From the human T2T-CHM13v2.0 reference genome, Homo sapiens, in NCBI RefSeq assembly GCF_009914755.1, contig NC_060930.1: DNA of 64,000 nucleotides, one strand, 5' to 3'. Position numbers and translations under genes: made by a program. Shown here in pieces: positions 51,721 to 64,000 of the stretch. The notes beneath the pieces were generated by a model that saw only the letters and a program-made list of their open reading frames with translations, searched no databases and had not been told where the DNA came from. Position 1 is the first letter of the stretch, and each line of letters starts with the position of its first letter.

Positions 51721-53599
51721 AAGCTAACTCCTGTGGGAAGGTTTCTGTTGGGTCAGTGTTATCCACAGACCAATTAGCTGCAGCCAGAGGGTAAGATGAA
51801 AGTGTGATGAATGTTTCAACTGGGCCCATCTGGGCACCCCTAGCCATTCACTGTGCCCAGGGCACATAGGATTATGGGAATTTTCACATGGACGTATGTA
51901 ACTAAAGTGAAAAAGTGGCATTTTGTGGAAGGGTAGGACAAGCAATGAGTAGACAGAACAGAAGATGTTCACGGCCATATATTAGAGTTTTCTTATCTTC
52001 CGTGTTTGAATCTTGTCAGGCTGTTTTTATATTCTTTTTGGCTTTGTCATACGGACCAGTGCATTTATTATGGAAATAGATTATATAGCTATCAGTAATT
52101 TGTTCATAAATATTAGATTCTGTTCATTTTGCACAGAGATTAATCACCTGCCAAAATGTACATGATTTTCTTGGTGCAGAAAAATTACTTATTAGTCATA
52201 TTAACAAGGGAATAGCAAACATATTTTGAAGGGCTAGAAATGAAGACATAATGACCATATACTTCTTTTTAATAGAATATTTATTTATATTAACAAATGT
52301 TGCTTTATAGAAGACATTTCAACCTTAATCAAGTAAACCCTCTCTGAGTGATTTATGATATAATTTTGTTAGCTATATATGTCTTTATTATATGAAGAAG
52401 ATTTGGAAAAAAAAAAAACTTTAAAAAGAGTCCCTGTCAATTACAGCTTAAAATCTATGCCTTGAAACAGAAATTTTAGAAAAGGTCTGCTTCGCTGTTA
52501 ACTCTTCTGGTGATGGAGTTGTCAGTTTAATATCCATTTCACACCGAGGTGATTAAGTCAATTGTGATAATTCCACCCCATGGTAAAACCAATCCCAGTG
52601 GTTGGTTGGTTCAGAAATTGGTCCATGACATGATACATGAAGAAAAGGATGGTTCTGGAGAAAGTTTTCTTTTCCCTACTTGTCACGTGAGCTCTGCTCA
52701 TGCCACCTGTCACCGGTCCACGGTGCGGCCAACACTGACGACAGCCCAGGAGAGAGATGAGAGAAGCCTGAGTCTTTGTGGACATTATTGATCAGTGAAT
52801 TAATCAACCCTGAAGCCTGCCCTTGCCTTCTTGACTTTTGACAGATAATAAATGTATTTCTCATGGTTTAAGCCAGAATCAGGATTTCTATTATTTGCAG
52901 CTAAAAATTTCTTAATAGATATGATTGCAAAGTAGAAGAGAGAAGCTTATTATCAAATAATTGTAATACTGTGTACGTAATCCATACAAACAGAGGTATT
53001 TATAAGGTATAGGGGTGCTGCAAAGTAGGGAGGTATATGAGGAAGTTTCTCAGAGAAGAAGATACTTAAGGTGGGTATTGAAGGACATTTCAGCAAAGGA
53101 ATGAAGATGAGGAAGTGCCTTTTGGGCAGAGGGAGCAGCATGTGCAAAAGCACAGAGTAATAAAATAGATATTCTCAAAATCCCTCAAGTTAGACAAATT
53201 ACAAAAGGCATAGACACATCTTACAGGAACTGTGGGTATGGTGGGTGCTAATCAGGAAACCAGGAAGTTGCCCGGGACAGATGTGTCTTCCCTCTCCATC
53301 TATCTTGATTTAGCACCAGATGGTCTCTTACTATTGCTTTGTTCAGGCAATGTGTTCCACTCTCCCGCTGACTTCCGCAAACCAGTTTCTCTGCTCTTCA
53401 GTATGAGTGCATGGCTTCCAGAGGACATTACAGGGTCAATATTAGATAATTTCACTAAAAACACCTCCATGCTTTCTTTGACTATAGTTTCTCTGTCTCT
53501 TTGTTGGAGTTTTCCCGGCCAGCCAATGTGCTAGCCTTTCCTGACAGCTACTTGCCCATAGTCCAATCTGCTGTATCACTGGGAGACAGGGTCATTATG

Positions 53600-54353
<754 letters not shown>

Positions 54354-54740
54354 TTTACAGAGTTTTAAACACCCTTGGCAGTGCTCTGGGGAAAAGTTGA
54401 TCAGGATTAAAGGGATAGGGCATGCCATGGGGAAAAGCTGGAGACGGCTTTCCATTTTAATTAGTGTGGCCATCTAGGAAGCAAATTCTCACAAAGACCT
54501 AAGGGAGGTGTAGGAAGGAAAGCACATTTTAGGCAGGCGGCAAGTTTGTTGAATGTGGTAACTAAGTAGCTTGGCTGGTGGTGAAGAAGAGGGAAGGAAT
54601 GGAAGAAAGTTCTAGATTTCTGGTTTCAGTGTCTGGATGAATAGCAGTTCCATTAACCAGGAATCAGAACACAGGAAGTGAATGAGAGAGGATTGAATAA
54701 AGTCTTGGACATATTCTACTTCAATGTGTATCAGACGTCA

Positions 54741-54790
54741 GTGTGTGTGTGTGTGTGTGTGTGTGTGTCTGTGTGTGCACGTGCGTGTGT
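54741..54790. repeat. (GT)n microsatellite within an L2 relic
   Basis: Directly visible; flanks (54560-55030) are L2-like on the minus strand. Confidence 0.9.
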
Positions 54791-55265
54791 TCATTCAGTA
54801 GTAAGCAGAGATTGGGGAGGTCTGGGCTGGACATCTGGGTTTTGAAATGCTCAATTTCTAGGTGGTATCAGAGCCCTTTAGAAATAGATGAAATTGACTA
54901 GTGAGGTGAGGTAAGAAGTCTGGCAAACACCAATATTTAAGGTAGGAGCAAAGGGCCTCGTATAAGATTTTGAATAGCACTGGCTTGAGAGGTAGGAGAG
55001 ACAGGAAAAAGGAATGATTTCAGGGTCAGAAAAAGATAGAGAAAGGCTTAGGGACCTTCAAATATCTTTCTGAATGATGCACAAAATCCTACCATTCAAA
55101 ATTTCTTCCTTTAGTTTTAAATGCTCTCTCTCTCAAATTTCTCTATTAAGATATAAACGTCCCAGCAGGGCAGAAAATTGAGCCACTGATACCTGAGCAA
55201 ATGAAAGGCAGGAGAACACTTCAAAAAGGGAAGGGGTTAAAAAGGGGAAGAAAGTGGAGTTGCTC

Positions 55266-56218
55266 CCTACAGAATGGCAGAAAATTTTTGCAATCTACCC
55301 ATCTGACAAAGGGCTAATATCCAGAATCTACAAAGAACTTAAACAAATTTACAAGAAAAAAACAACCCCATCAAAAAGTGGGCAAAGGATATGAACAGAC
55401 ACTCCTCAAAAGAAGACATTTATGTAACAGCCAACAAACACATGAAAAAAATGCTCATCATCACTGGCCATCAGAGAAATGCAAATCAAAACCACAATGA
55501 GATACCATCTCACACCAGTTAGAATGGCGATCATTAAAAACTTAGGAAACAACAGATGCTGGAGAGGATGTGGAGAAATAGAAACACTTTTACACTGTTT
55601 GTGGGAGTGTAAACTAGTTCAACCATTGTGGAAGACAGTGTGGAGATTCATCAAGGATCTAGAACTAGAAATACCATTTGACCCAGTGATCCCATTACTG
55701 GGTATATACACAAAGGATTATAAATCATGCTACTATAAAGACACTTGTACATGTATGTTTATTGTGGCACTATTCACAAGAGCAAAGACTTGGAACCAAC
55801 CCAAATGTCCATCAATGATGGACTGGATTAAGAAAATGTGGCACATATACACCATGGAATACTATGCAGCCATAAAAAAGGATGAGTTCATGTCCTTTGT
55901 AGGGACATGGATGCGGCTGGAAACCATCATTCTCAGCAAACTATCACAAGGACAGGAAACCAAACACCGCATGTTCTCACTCATAGGTGGGAACTGAACA
56001 ATGAGATCACTTGGACACAGGGCGGGGAACAGCACACCCCGGGGCCTGTCGTGGGGTGGGGGGTAGGGGGAGGGATAGCATTAGGAGAAATACCTAATGT
56101 AAATGATGAGTTAATGGGTGCAGCAAACCAACATGGCAGATGTATACCTATGTAGCAAATCTGCACGTTGTGCACATGTACTCTAGAACTTAAAGTATAA
56201 TTTAAAAAAAAGAAAAAA
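55266..56218 (+). mobile_element. 5'-truncated L1PA with an open ORF2 C-terminal segment
   Basis: ORF 55479-55997 is the L1 ORF2p C-terminus (CWRGCGE...HC.WEC cysteine-rich motif, ends SLIGGN); perfect TSD aaagtggagttgctc at 55251-55265 and 56219-56233. Confidence 0.96.
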
Positions 56219-56477
56219 AAAGTGGAGTTGCTCAAAGACATCTTTTGTCAATTTCCTATTTTTATTAGACTGTAGCGAGCAATGGTGCTTGGGCAGAGTG
56301 TATTTGGGTGACCTTGACATATTTTTAATTTTGAGGGTTAAAATAGGTCACATAGGATATTTTTTGTTTCAGTAATACAAACAGGAAATGGTAAGTGGGG
56401 ATGGGGGCAAATTCTTTAAGGAAATGACAGTCCAGCAGCTCAGGAGAAAAGCGCAAATTTGAATTTACAGACCTTTA

Positions 56478-56491
56478 GCTCCATCTAGTGG
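56478..56491 (-). promoter_or_regulatory. CTCF-like motif CCACTAGATGGAGC
   Basis: One mismatch to the core consensus CCASYAGRKGGCRS. Confidence 0.5.
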
Positions 56492-58261
56492 TTAAGTGAT
56501 GAAAGGAACAAATATTTTGTAACATTATCATGGTTCTTTAGCTACATTACTTTTACATGTCAGTCTATAATTATTTCCTGGATAGTTATGTATTATGATA
56601 CACTTTTGTTTAACAATTTTCAACTAATCTATTAGTTGATCATCTAGCTAAATAATTGATTTCCCAAACTGGTGGAATGTGGTGTTGTAAAGTTGGGGAG
56701 GGAGAAATAGATAAATGGATATAGACAAATGCCTCTTAACTACTTGAAAACTCTTACGTATCTGCTTATTATAGTGTTCAACACATGCTAGCTTCCTCTG
56801 ACTTAGCATTGTATATAGGATTGCCTCTCTGAGAAAGTAAATAATACTAACAGTTATGCTAATGATGACGATAATAATTGTGGCCCAGGAAAAGATGTTT
56901 GAAAGGAAGAGAGTTCAAATAGTTATGGTTTGTTATTTATGAGGTTGGAAAAGTGAAATTAATCTGTAAGAATATAAAACAGAACCTGAAATAAAGAATT
57001 GATCGAATTATTTTCAGTAAGTTACACACCATACACACACACACATAATTTAAACAACTGCATCAGCAAATTTGCAATGTCATGTTCTGGAAATATTTCC
57101 TAGGGTGGCAAGCTTTTTTGGCATTTGCTTGCAGGCTGATAAATCTCAGTAGCCAAAATTTGTGCTCATTATGGCAATGAAAGGGAATATTTACAGAGAC
57201 GATTCCAATCTTTGGAAAGTTGACACAACTGGGTCAGGTCTATGGCACACCCACAGACTCACGGTGAGCTTGGAAAAACAATGGTAAGAATGATGGAACA
57301 GGTTTTGAGGTGGTCTTATAATATTGTACTCCATGTTTTCAGAGGAGGAGAAATGATAGGAACGGGCTTATGTTTTCTTCATGAGAATTTGAATACAAGA
57401 TGTATTAATTAAACATCTTCATTTTACTGATGGAGAAACTTGAGTCAACAATGATTAAATTACACAGCTATTTGGTTGCAGAGTTAAGACTAGACCTATG
57501 TTTTTTATTCCTGATCTACTATTCTTTTCAGTAACTATTAATAGAAGAGTTCTCCATTTCCATAGAAGACCAAAGTAAGAGAATGTGAGTTTACATTTGC
57601 ATCAAGAAACTTTGGATAAATTGAGGAAGATTAGTTAAGTGTAAAGTAACTAAATATTGTAATTCCTTTATTCTAACATGTACTTAAAAAAAATCTTAAC
57701 ATTATGAAATCAGCCTGAATCTTATAATCAATATTAAAACATAATCGCTGGCAGGCAGTTGGGCGAGTTGTAAAGCGGTCATATTTATGTGCCAGAATTT
57801 AGTAACTAACATTCTCATTTAATAGAGTATAGAATTGGGAGGGTAAGGCATTGGCTTAATTTCTGAAAGAAACTGTTTATTTCCAGCAAGAAGGAATTCA
57901 GTTAAGGAAAAAAAAACTGAAACCGCAATTTAAATCACTGATATTCTTTCATTTGACTTGAAGTGCTAACGAGGTCAAAATATTAAGAAGGGGTAAGCAG
58001 CTCACCATGAGGCTACTCATGCACTTTCAGGGGTCACACTTAATTTGGAGGAATTTTTATACCAAATTTGAAAAAGCGTAGACCCGAATCTTGTGAATCC
58101 CAAAAGGAAACGGTGTGTGATTGTACGGATAAATACATGGTATAGTTGTGTTCATATATTTTAGAACTTGTGTTCATGTAATGTAATGGGTTTTTCTCTT
58201 AATCACTTATTAAATTGATCATTTTACAATCAGTGGCATTTAAGAATAGGTGTCATTTGGT

Positions 58262-58505
58262 TTATCACAGCAGCACTGCGTCTTAGAAAGAGCACTGACT
58301 CGGAAGCTAGGTCTGGAAACTACTCTGCTCCTCTATCCGCTACTGTGTTGTCCTTGAGCAGTTGACTTCCTCTCTAAATGTCAATTTCCTTATGTAAATT
58401 TGGAAGAATATCATGAATCTTGCAAGCATATTGTGAGCATTAAATGAGATTATGTATGTAAAGTGCCTACCACAATATCTGTCACATAGTAAGTGCTCAA
58501 CCAAG
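58262..58505 (+). mobile_element. MIR
   Basis: gaaagagcactgactcggaag...ttgtgagcattaaatgagat...atagtaagtgctcaa. Confidence 0.85.
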
Positions 58506-58651
58506 GCAGCCACAGGAAACTTATGGTCAACAGAGAGATTTGTTAAGAGATGTTGATTGAAGGGTAAATTTCTTCGATTTGATCCCATGCAGTCTAAACA
58601 GTGTTTCTTACCATTTAAAAATCTATGCCCTATCAGTCAAGAAGATTTTGA

Positions 58652-59024
<373 letters not shown>

Positions 59025-61562
59025 TTACTGTTTTCTCTCCCTTCTCCCCATCCTGAGAGGTACCTCTACCCAGCTGAGAACTATTGATCCAAAAAATGGT
59101 GTCAGAAGGGGATCTTAGAAACATTTAGATATTTAAGTTCATATTAGGAACATAACAGTCAGTTCAATCATTTTTCACCTACTGGCCTCATCGTCCTTAT
59201 GTTTGCTAAACACATAGGGTGAAGAGAGATATATGAAACTGGTCATCATCTTGCTTATCCTCCTTTCAAGAGTTATCCAAAATACATGCAACGGGGCCAT
59301 ATTTACAAGGTGATCTAAGAATGTGTATGCACAATTGAAGTATACTATATGTGCTTTAAGGAGATAGCAACTGTCATGAAGCAAAAAACCCAACGGAACC
59401 CAAACCAAACCCCAAACCCAGTGGGTTACGAGAATAAACCACCACCACTAACAACAATAAAATTCTGTGGCCTAGTGACTAAGGAAATCACAAGGCCAAA
59501 TGTTATACCAATCCATAGGAAAACCCAAAGAGAAAAGACCTCAATAGCCTCCAATCCCATTTCCTTCACTGTAGCATGTGTTCATAAAAACAGTACTGAC
59601 AATCTGGAGTTGGCTGACTTTTCCTGATTTTGTGCTAGTTTGACTTGCACTCAAGCCTTAATTTTGCTCCCCACTCAGCTTTCAGGAATGGACAGGCAGA
59701 ATTCTTTGGGCACTATTAACTTTTCAAAAGCCACTCGCCTATTTGCATATCTCCTGCAATGCGCACCACGCTAACCTTGCCTTGCTACAGGCTCCTCAGG
59801 AGACAGATTCCCCTGTCGGCTTTGTTCAGCAACCCAAAATGTAATCAAGTAACCACTCTACTGTAGAGGGAAGAAAGGGAGGGATTTCAGGGCTGAGCAC
59901 AATGGTGATACCATGGGAAAATTCCAAGAATTCCGTGAACCACAGTCCTCACCCCTGGTTGTGCCCCTGCCTCACTAATCTTTCAGATTAGTTCAGCCTA
60001 ATGAAAACTAATAACATATAAAGCAAGTAATAATATTCACCGTCCATCTTTCTTTCATGTGCTTTTTGCTCACTCTGCAAGTCCTGATTTAGCCAAGCTG
60101 AATTCTCAAAAAGCACCACTAACTGCCTCCTGGGGCTGCTTCATTTAGTGCTCCTCTAGGGGAAGGAAGTAACTGATAAGAATCCAGCCGCTAAAAAGTC
60201 ATTATTTGTTCATAGACAGTATGGAAGAGGTCGGTCTGATAGTTTCTCTTTCCCAAGGATCATGGATTCAGTTCCTCAACACAACAGACTCTTACTTATC
60301 ATAGCTTTTCTTTCATTGTGTATAAATATCAAAATATGATAGAAATTCACGCCAGCCGCTCTTAGAATATTTTCTCACTCTTTAGCATTACTGCATTACT
60401 TATGAGTTTAATTTCTTCCTGGGAAGGGAAGAAGTTCTTTATTTCAGATGTTTTAATATTTTTTTAAAATATAGGTAGGTCTCACTACAAGGCAAACTAA
60501 AATTATCAGCAGTATGTTATTTGATGGAAAATATTCTTATATTTCCTTTTCCAGTTTAAATTAAAAGTATGGCTACCAGGAAAAAAAAAGAATCATTTTT
60601 CTCCTTGCTGCATAAAAATAGGTCAAGTAATTTAAGCCAGTCCATTGCAATTAAAATTCTGACATTGCCATTGTTCCTTCTATTCTAGGGGGAGAAGACA
60701 AACAGAGCCCATGATAATAGGGGTTCACTGGCTGAGTCATTTGATGTGCTACCTATTGTTCTCTTCTGGAGGCTCAGCCTCAACCTGCCTGGGAGCGCTG
60801 ATTTTGATGATAGTGGTGCAGTCCCAAAATGATAAATACCATCTCTGAAGCATGCATTTCTGAAGAGGTGTACTGCTGCTTTCATGCTAGCAAAACATTT
60901 CCACTGCAGAGGAAAAAATTGCCAATGGCATGGGTCTTAAATTCCTTGATTTCTAAATTTATTTATTTTTTGGAGACAATGTTATCTGCCCAGTTTATTT
61001 TAAAGTAAATTTTACTGACTCAATTAGACAGCAACACTCATCCTCATTAAAGATCCTGCAGTCCTTTCACAAGATTAGGGCTGGTGGCTTGGTCACATTC
61101 CAATGTGGATAATTGCATTCTGCATTCCTGGATATTTCCCTCCACCTTTCCAACCTCATACCGTCAAATGCATTGTTATTTACCCTTACTGCAAATCAAC
61201 AGTCCTGTTGTGGAGGCGCTGAGGGTTTGCCATCCCCTCAGTTTGCAGGCTAAAGCATCAGCCCAAACCACTGCTCCTTACACTTTTAAAAGAAAACCCC
61301 TTAGGTAATGCATATTTTCAAATATGAGGCAAATCTCAATTATGCACACTTAATCATAGGTTAAGGTTTTTGGTAAGTAAAATATTCTTATTTTATAAAG
61401 GATGTTTATTTTGGAATCTTCTTTGATTTAAAAAATGTGTTGCTCGAATATGTGCTGTTTGCTCAAAGAAGAAAACAAAGTCTTCAGAAATGGCAACAAA
61501 ACAAACAATAAAGCGAAAAAGCTCTTGAGGAAACAGCTTTTCATTGACCTTCTAAATAAATT

Positions 61563-61576
61563 CCACAAGGGGGCGA
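61563..61576 (+). promoter_or_regulatory. CTCF-like motif CCACAAGGGGGCGA
   Basis: Close match to the CTCF core consensus, in unique sequence. Confidence 0.55.
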
Positions 61577-61599
61577 AAACACCTAATGGTCCGGGGCTG

Positions 61600-61980
61600 C
61601 AAAGTTTTTATTGCAAAGCTGGCCACCCATAATAGATTAGTGGATTAATATTTTTCTCTAAAGGATCTGGCCTTTAATGTTGACATCAATTTATAGCCAT
61701 CCCAGGCGTTTACAGTAGTAAAAGTCATGGAGACCATAAACTTCACAATAGATGTCAGCCTTCTGCTACTAGTGCTCTAGCCCAGCACCCCATAAACAGT
61801 GGTGATTAGGTAACTGTTCTTCAAAGACCCATCCGTAGCTCTAACGTCTTTATCAGCTCCCGCAAAGATACTGTCACGAGGATTTTATCAGGCACAAGAC
61901 AGAAGTATACGTTTTTATTAATGTGGACTTATTTTTCTGACATGTAGCTATGAGGTTGCACTGCAGCTTATCATTGATCT
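61600..61980. promoter_or_regulatory. Candidate developmental enhancer (HOX/CDX + MEIS + SOX motif cluster)
   Basis: TTTTATTG 61606, CCATAAA 61734 and 61790, TGACA/TGTCA 61681, 61753, 61872 and 61938, ACAAT 61745, all in repeat-free DNA. Motif evidence only. Confidence 0.4.
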
Positions 61981-64000
61981 CTTCTTGAAAATCAAGCATG
62001 GAGTGTCTATTTTTGGGCAAAGCTTAAAGAACAGAAGCTCTCTTGTATCATATTAGAACTTTTTGACAAACAGCCAAGGTACAGAGGTCAAATTTCCCCA
62101 TATGCTATAAGCAACTTAGTAGGAAGCAAGACCACAAAAGGTTTTGCAAATGTCTGCCAGTAGCCGGGTGATCTAGGTCACTGTACAGGTTTCATTAATC
62201 AGGTTGTTGAAACAAGGAGTTATTTTTCTCTGCTTAAGAGACCTGCAGATATCATGTAGAATCTGCTCAATTGTTGATCAAGAAAGAGTTTTTAATGAAA
62301 CAGAGATCACTCAAGTGAACTGGGGTGCGGGAGCGTTTGTATTTGTACTGAAGACAAATTGTGCTTTTTAGCCCAGCTCCTCTGTTTGAGTCCTCTGTTC
62401 TGGTAGGGATGGGCTCAAGATCTAATAATAGTTCCTTGGGCTCTGCATCTCCACATACGTGTTCCGGCGTTTGAGCAGCAGGAGGAATTTAGTGACAGAG
62501 CAGGTGTTGTGGCTTATTCCCTGGCAGAATAAATGGTGAAGGGTGGTGGCAAGACAATTCTTTGGCTTCTTTATGCAAAAAAAAAAAAAAATGCATTTAA
62601 TCACTTTCCTTTTTTCCTGGCACTAGTGAAAAAGGATTGGAGTTGCTGTATTAATATGTATGCAAACATATTTTTTCACTTAAGCCTCTGGAAAAAAAAA
62701 AGAGAGAGAGAGAAAGAAAAACTTACTGTGAAAATGCTTAGCCAGAAAGATTCATTGCTGATTGCAGATTTAGTATTGACATGTCTTAGCTGAAGAAAAC
62801 TTCAGCTTTAACTATTAATGTGGAAATCTGGATCAGCTTTTAAAGTAGGGTAAAAAGAGTTTTGGATGATTCAGTATATTTATTTGAACATAATTTTAAA
62901 GAAGAAAGTGTCAATTATAGAGGTATATAAAAAACCCAGTGGAGTGTGTGCATTTTAATTTTACATGGCCTACCTTGGAAATAAAATTATAAAATGCAGG
63001 TGATCTGAATTATACTTAAAGCAGCCTTTATGCCCAACTTACTCTCTCATAACACTTCTAAATATCCGCTCCTCCTGATTTCTTATAAAATATGGAATTT
63101 AAGATGAGAATCGGAGTCTAAATGAAATGTTCTTTTAAAGCATTATTTATAAGATTTTCCTCAACCTACATTTTTTACTTCCCCTAGTAAGTTGCGTACA
63201 AAAGTCTGTATTTTTTCTTGAAGGTAGGTGTGTTGCTCTTATAAACATAAGATAAGCCATGAAAACATGAAAGAGAAAACAAAATTCCTTCTCCTTCCAC
63301 CTGGGATAATTTGAGATTTTCACAATATTACTTTTTCCTTTGCTTGATTATATAAGGCAAAACTTGATACCCACTTAGTTGTAGCTATGGTCTTCTTGAT
63401 AAGACATCTATCCAGGTAAAATTAAAGTATAATTTTCAGGTGATTTGCATCCCATGCATGCAACAGGAAAACTCAGAATTCAGGAAAACAGGGCATGCTT
63501 AAGAGGGAACATCTTGTAAAGACTGTAATTTGACCTTTGAGTCAACCTGAGTACATTTTAAATATTATAGGACAAAAGCCTCAAAGTGGAATTCTGCCTC
63601 ATCTTTCTCAGAACTATAAACCAGTCAGACACTGTTTCAGAGATTACGCTAGAAAATATGTACCTATCCTTGGCACTTTTGCTGAGAAATAAAACTCTCA
63701 TCACTGGAGATAAAGGTAGATTTATATTTAATGCCACCCATCAATCAATCAGTGTATTATTCCAATCTACCTCTATTTAAGTAGTTGAATCAGGTATAAA
63801 CAGAAACACTTGATTTTTTTTGCCTCCTGCCCATTGAAAAAGATAATGTTGAGTATTGCAAACCTTTCTAACTCTGGAGTACACTTGATATGATGGCAAT
63901 TAAGAAAAAAAAAAAAGCAGTGACAACTTTGCAGCTTTTGATTAAAGCACACCAAGAGGCATGTTACAATGATAACAATGAAGCATTATGCCAATTATGT

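Noticed and set aside
55479-55997. 172-aa ORF, the longest in the track
   Set aside because: It is the C-terminal part of L1 ORF2p in a 5'-truncated L1PA, not a host gene.
60148-60165. Third CTCF-like motif
   Set aside because: Several mismatches at core positions.

Overview
Primate (most likely human or great-ape) intergenic or intronic genomic DNA. It is repeat-dense: about 40 Alu-family elements, several L1 generations, ERV1/ERVL/MaLR solo LTRs, and L2/MIR relics. I can support no intact protein-coding gene, RNA gene or CRISPR-like system. Almost every ORF in the track is an Alu, L1 or LTR read-through, or a short chance ORF. The one gene-derived feature is a decayed, intronless processed pseudogene of DNAJC7 (TPR2 co-chaperone) at ~29936-31547 (+). 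It carries an extra in-frame 90-nt segment where I recall the exon 1/exon 2 junction to be, which suggests it was copied from an alternatively spliced, stop-containing mRNA. It sits inside a ~11.4 kb nested stack: an old minus-strand L1M host containing an L1PB and many Alus. Both L1s were hit at the same homologous TT|AAGAAA site and both lost ~3 kb of ORF2 next to the insert. Other points are an old ~145 bp direct duplication (14744/16366) bracketing a CpG- and TF-motif-rich stretch, a tail-to-tail inverted Alu pair 12 bp apart, and a repeat-poor 3' end (59-64 kb) with divergent CTCF-like motifs and a HOX/MEIS motif cluster. I found no convincing new biological system. Repeat subfamily names and DNAJC7 comparisons come from my recall of consensus sequences and need confirmation with RepeatMasker/BLAT.
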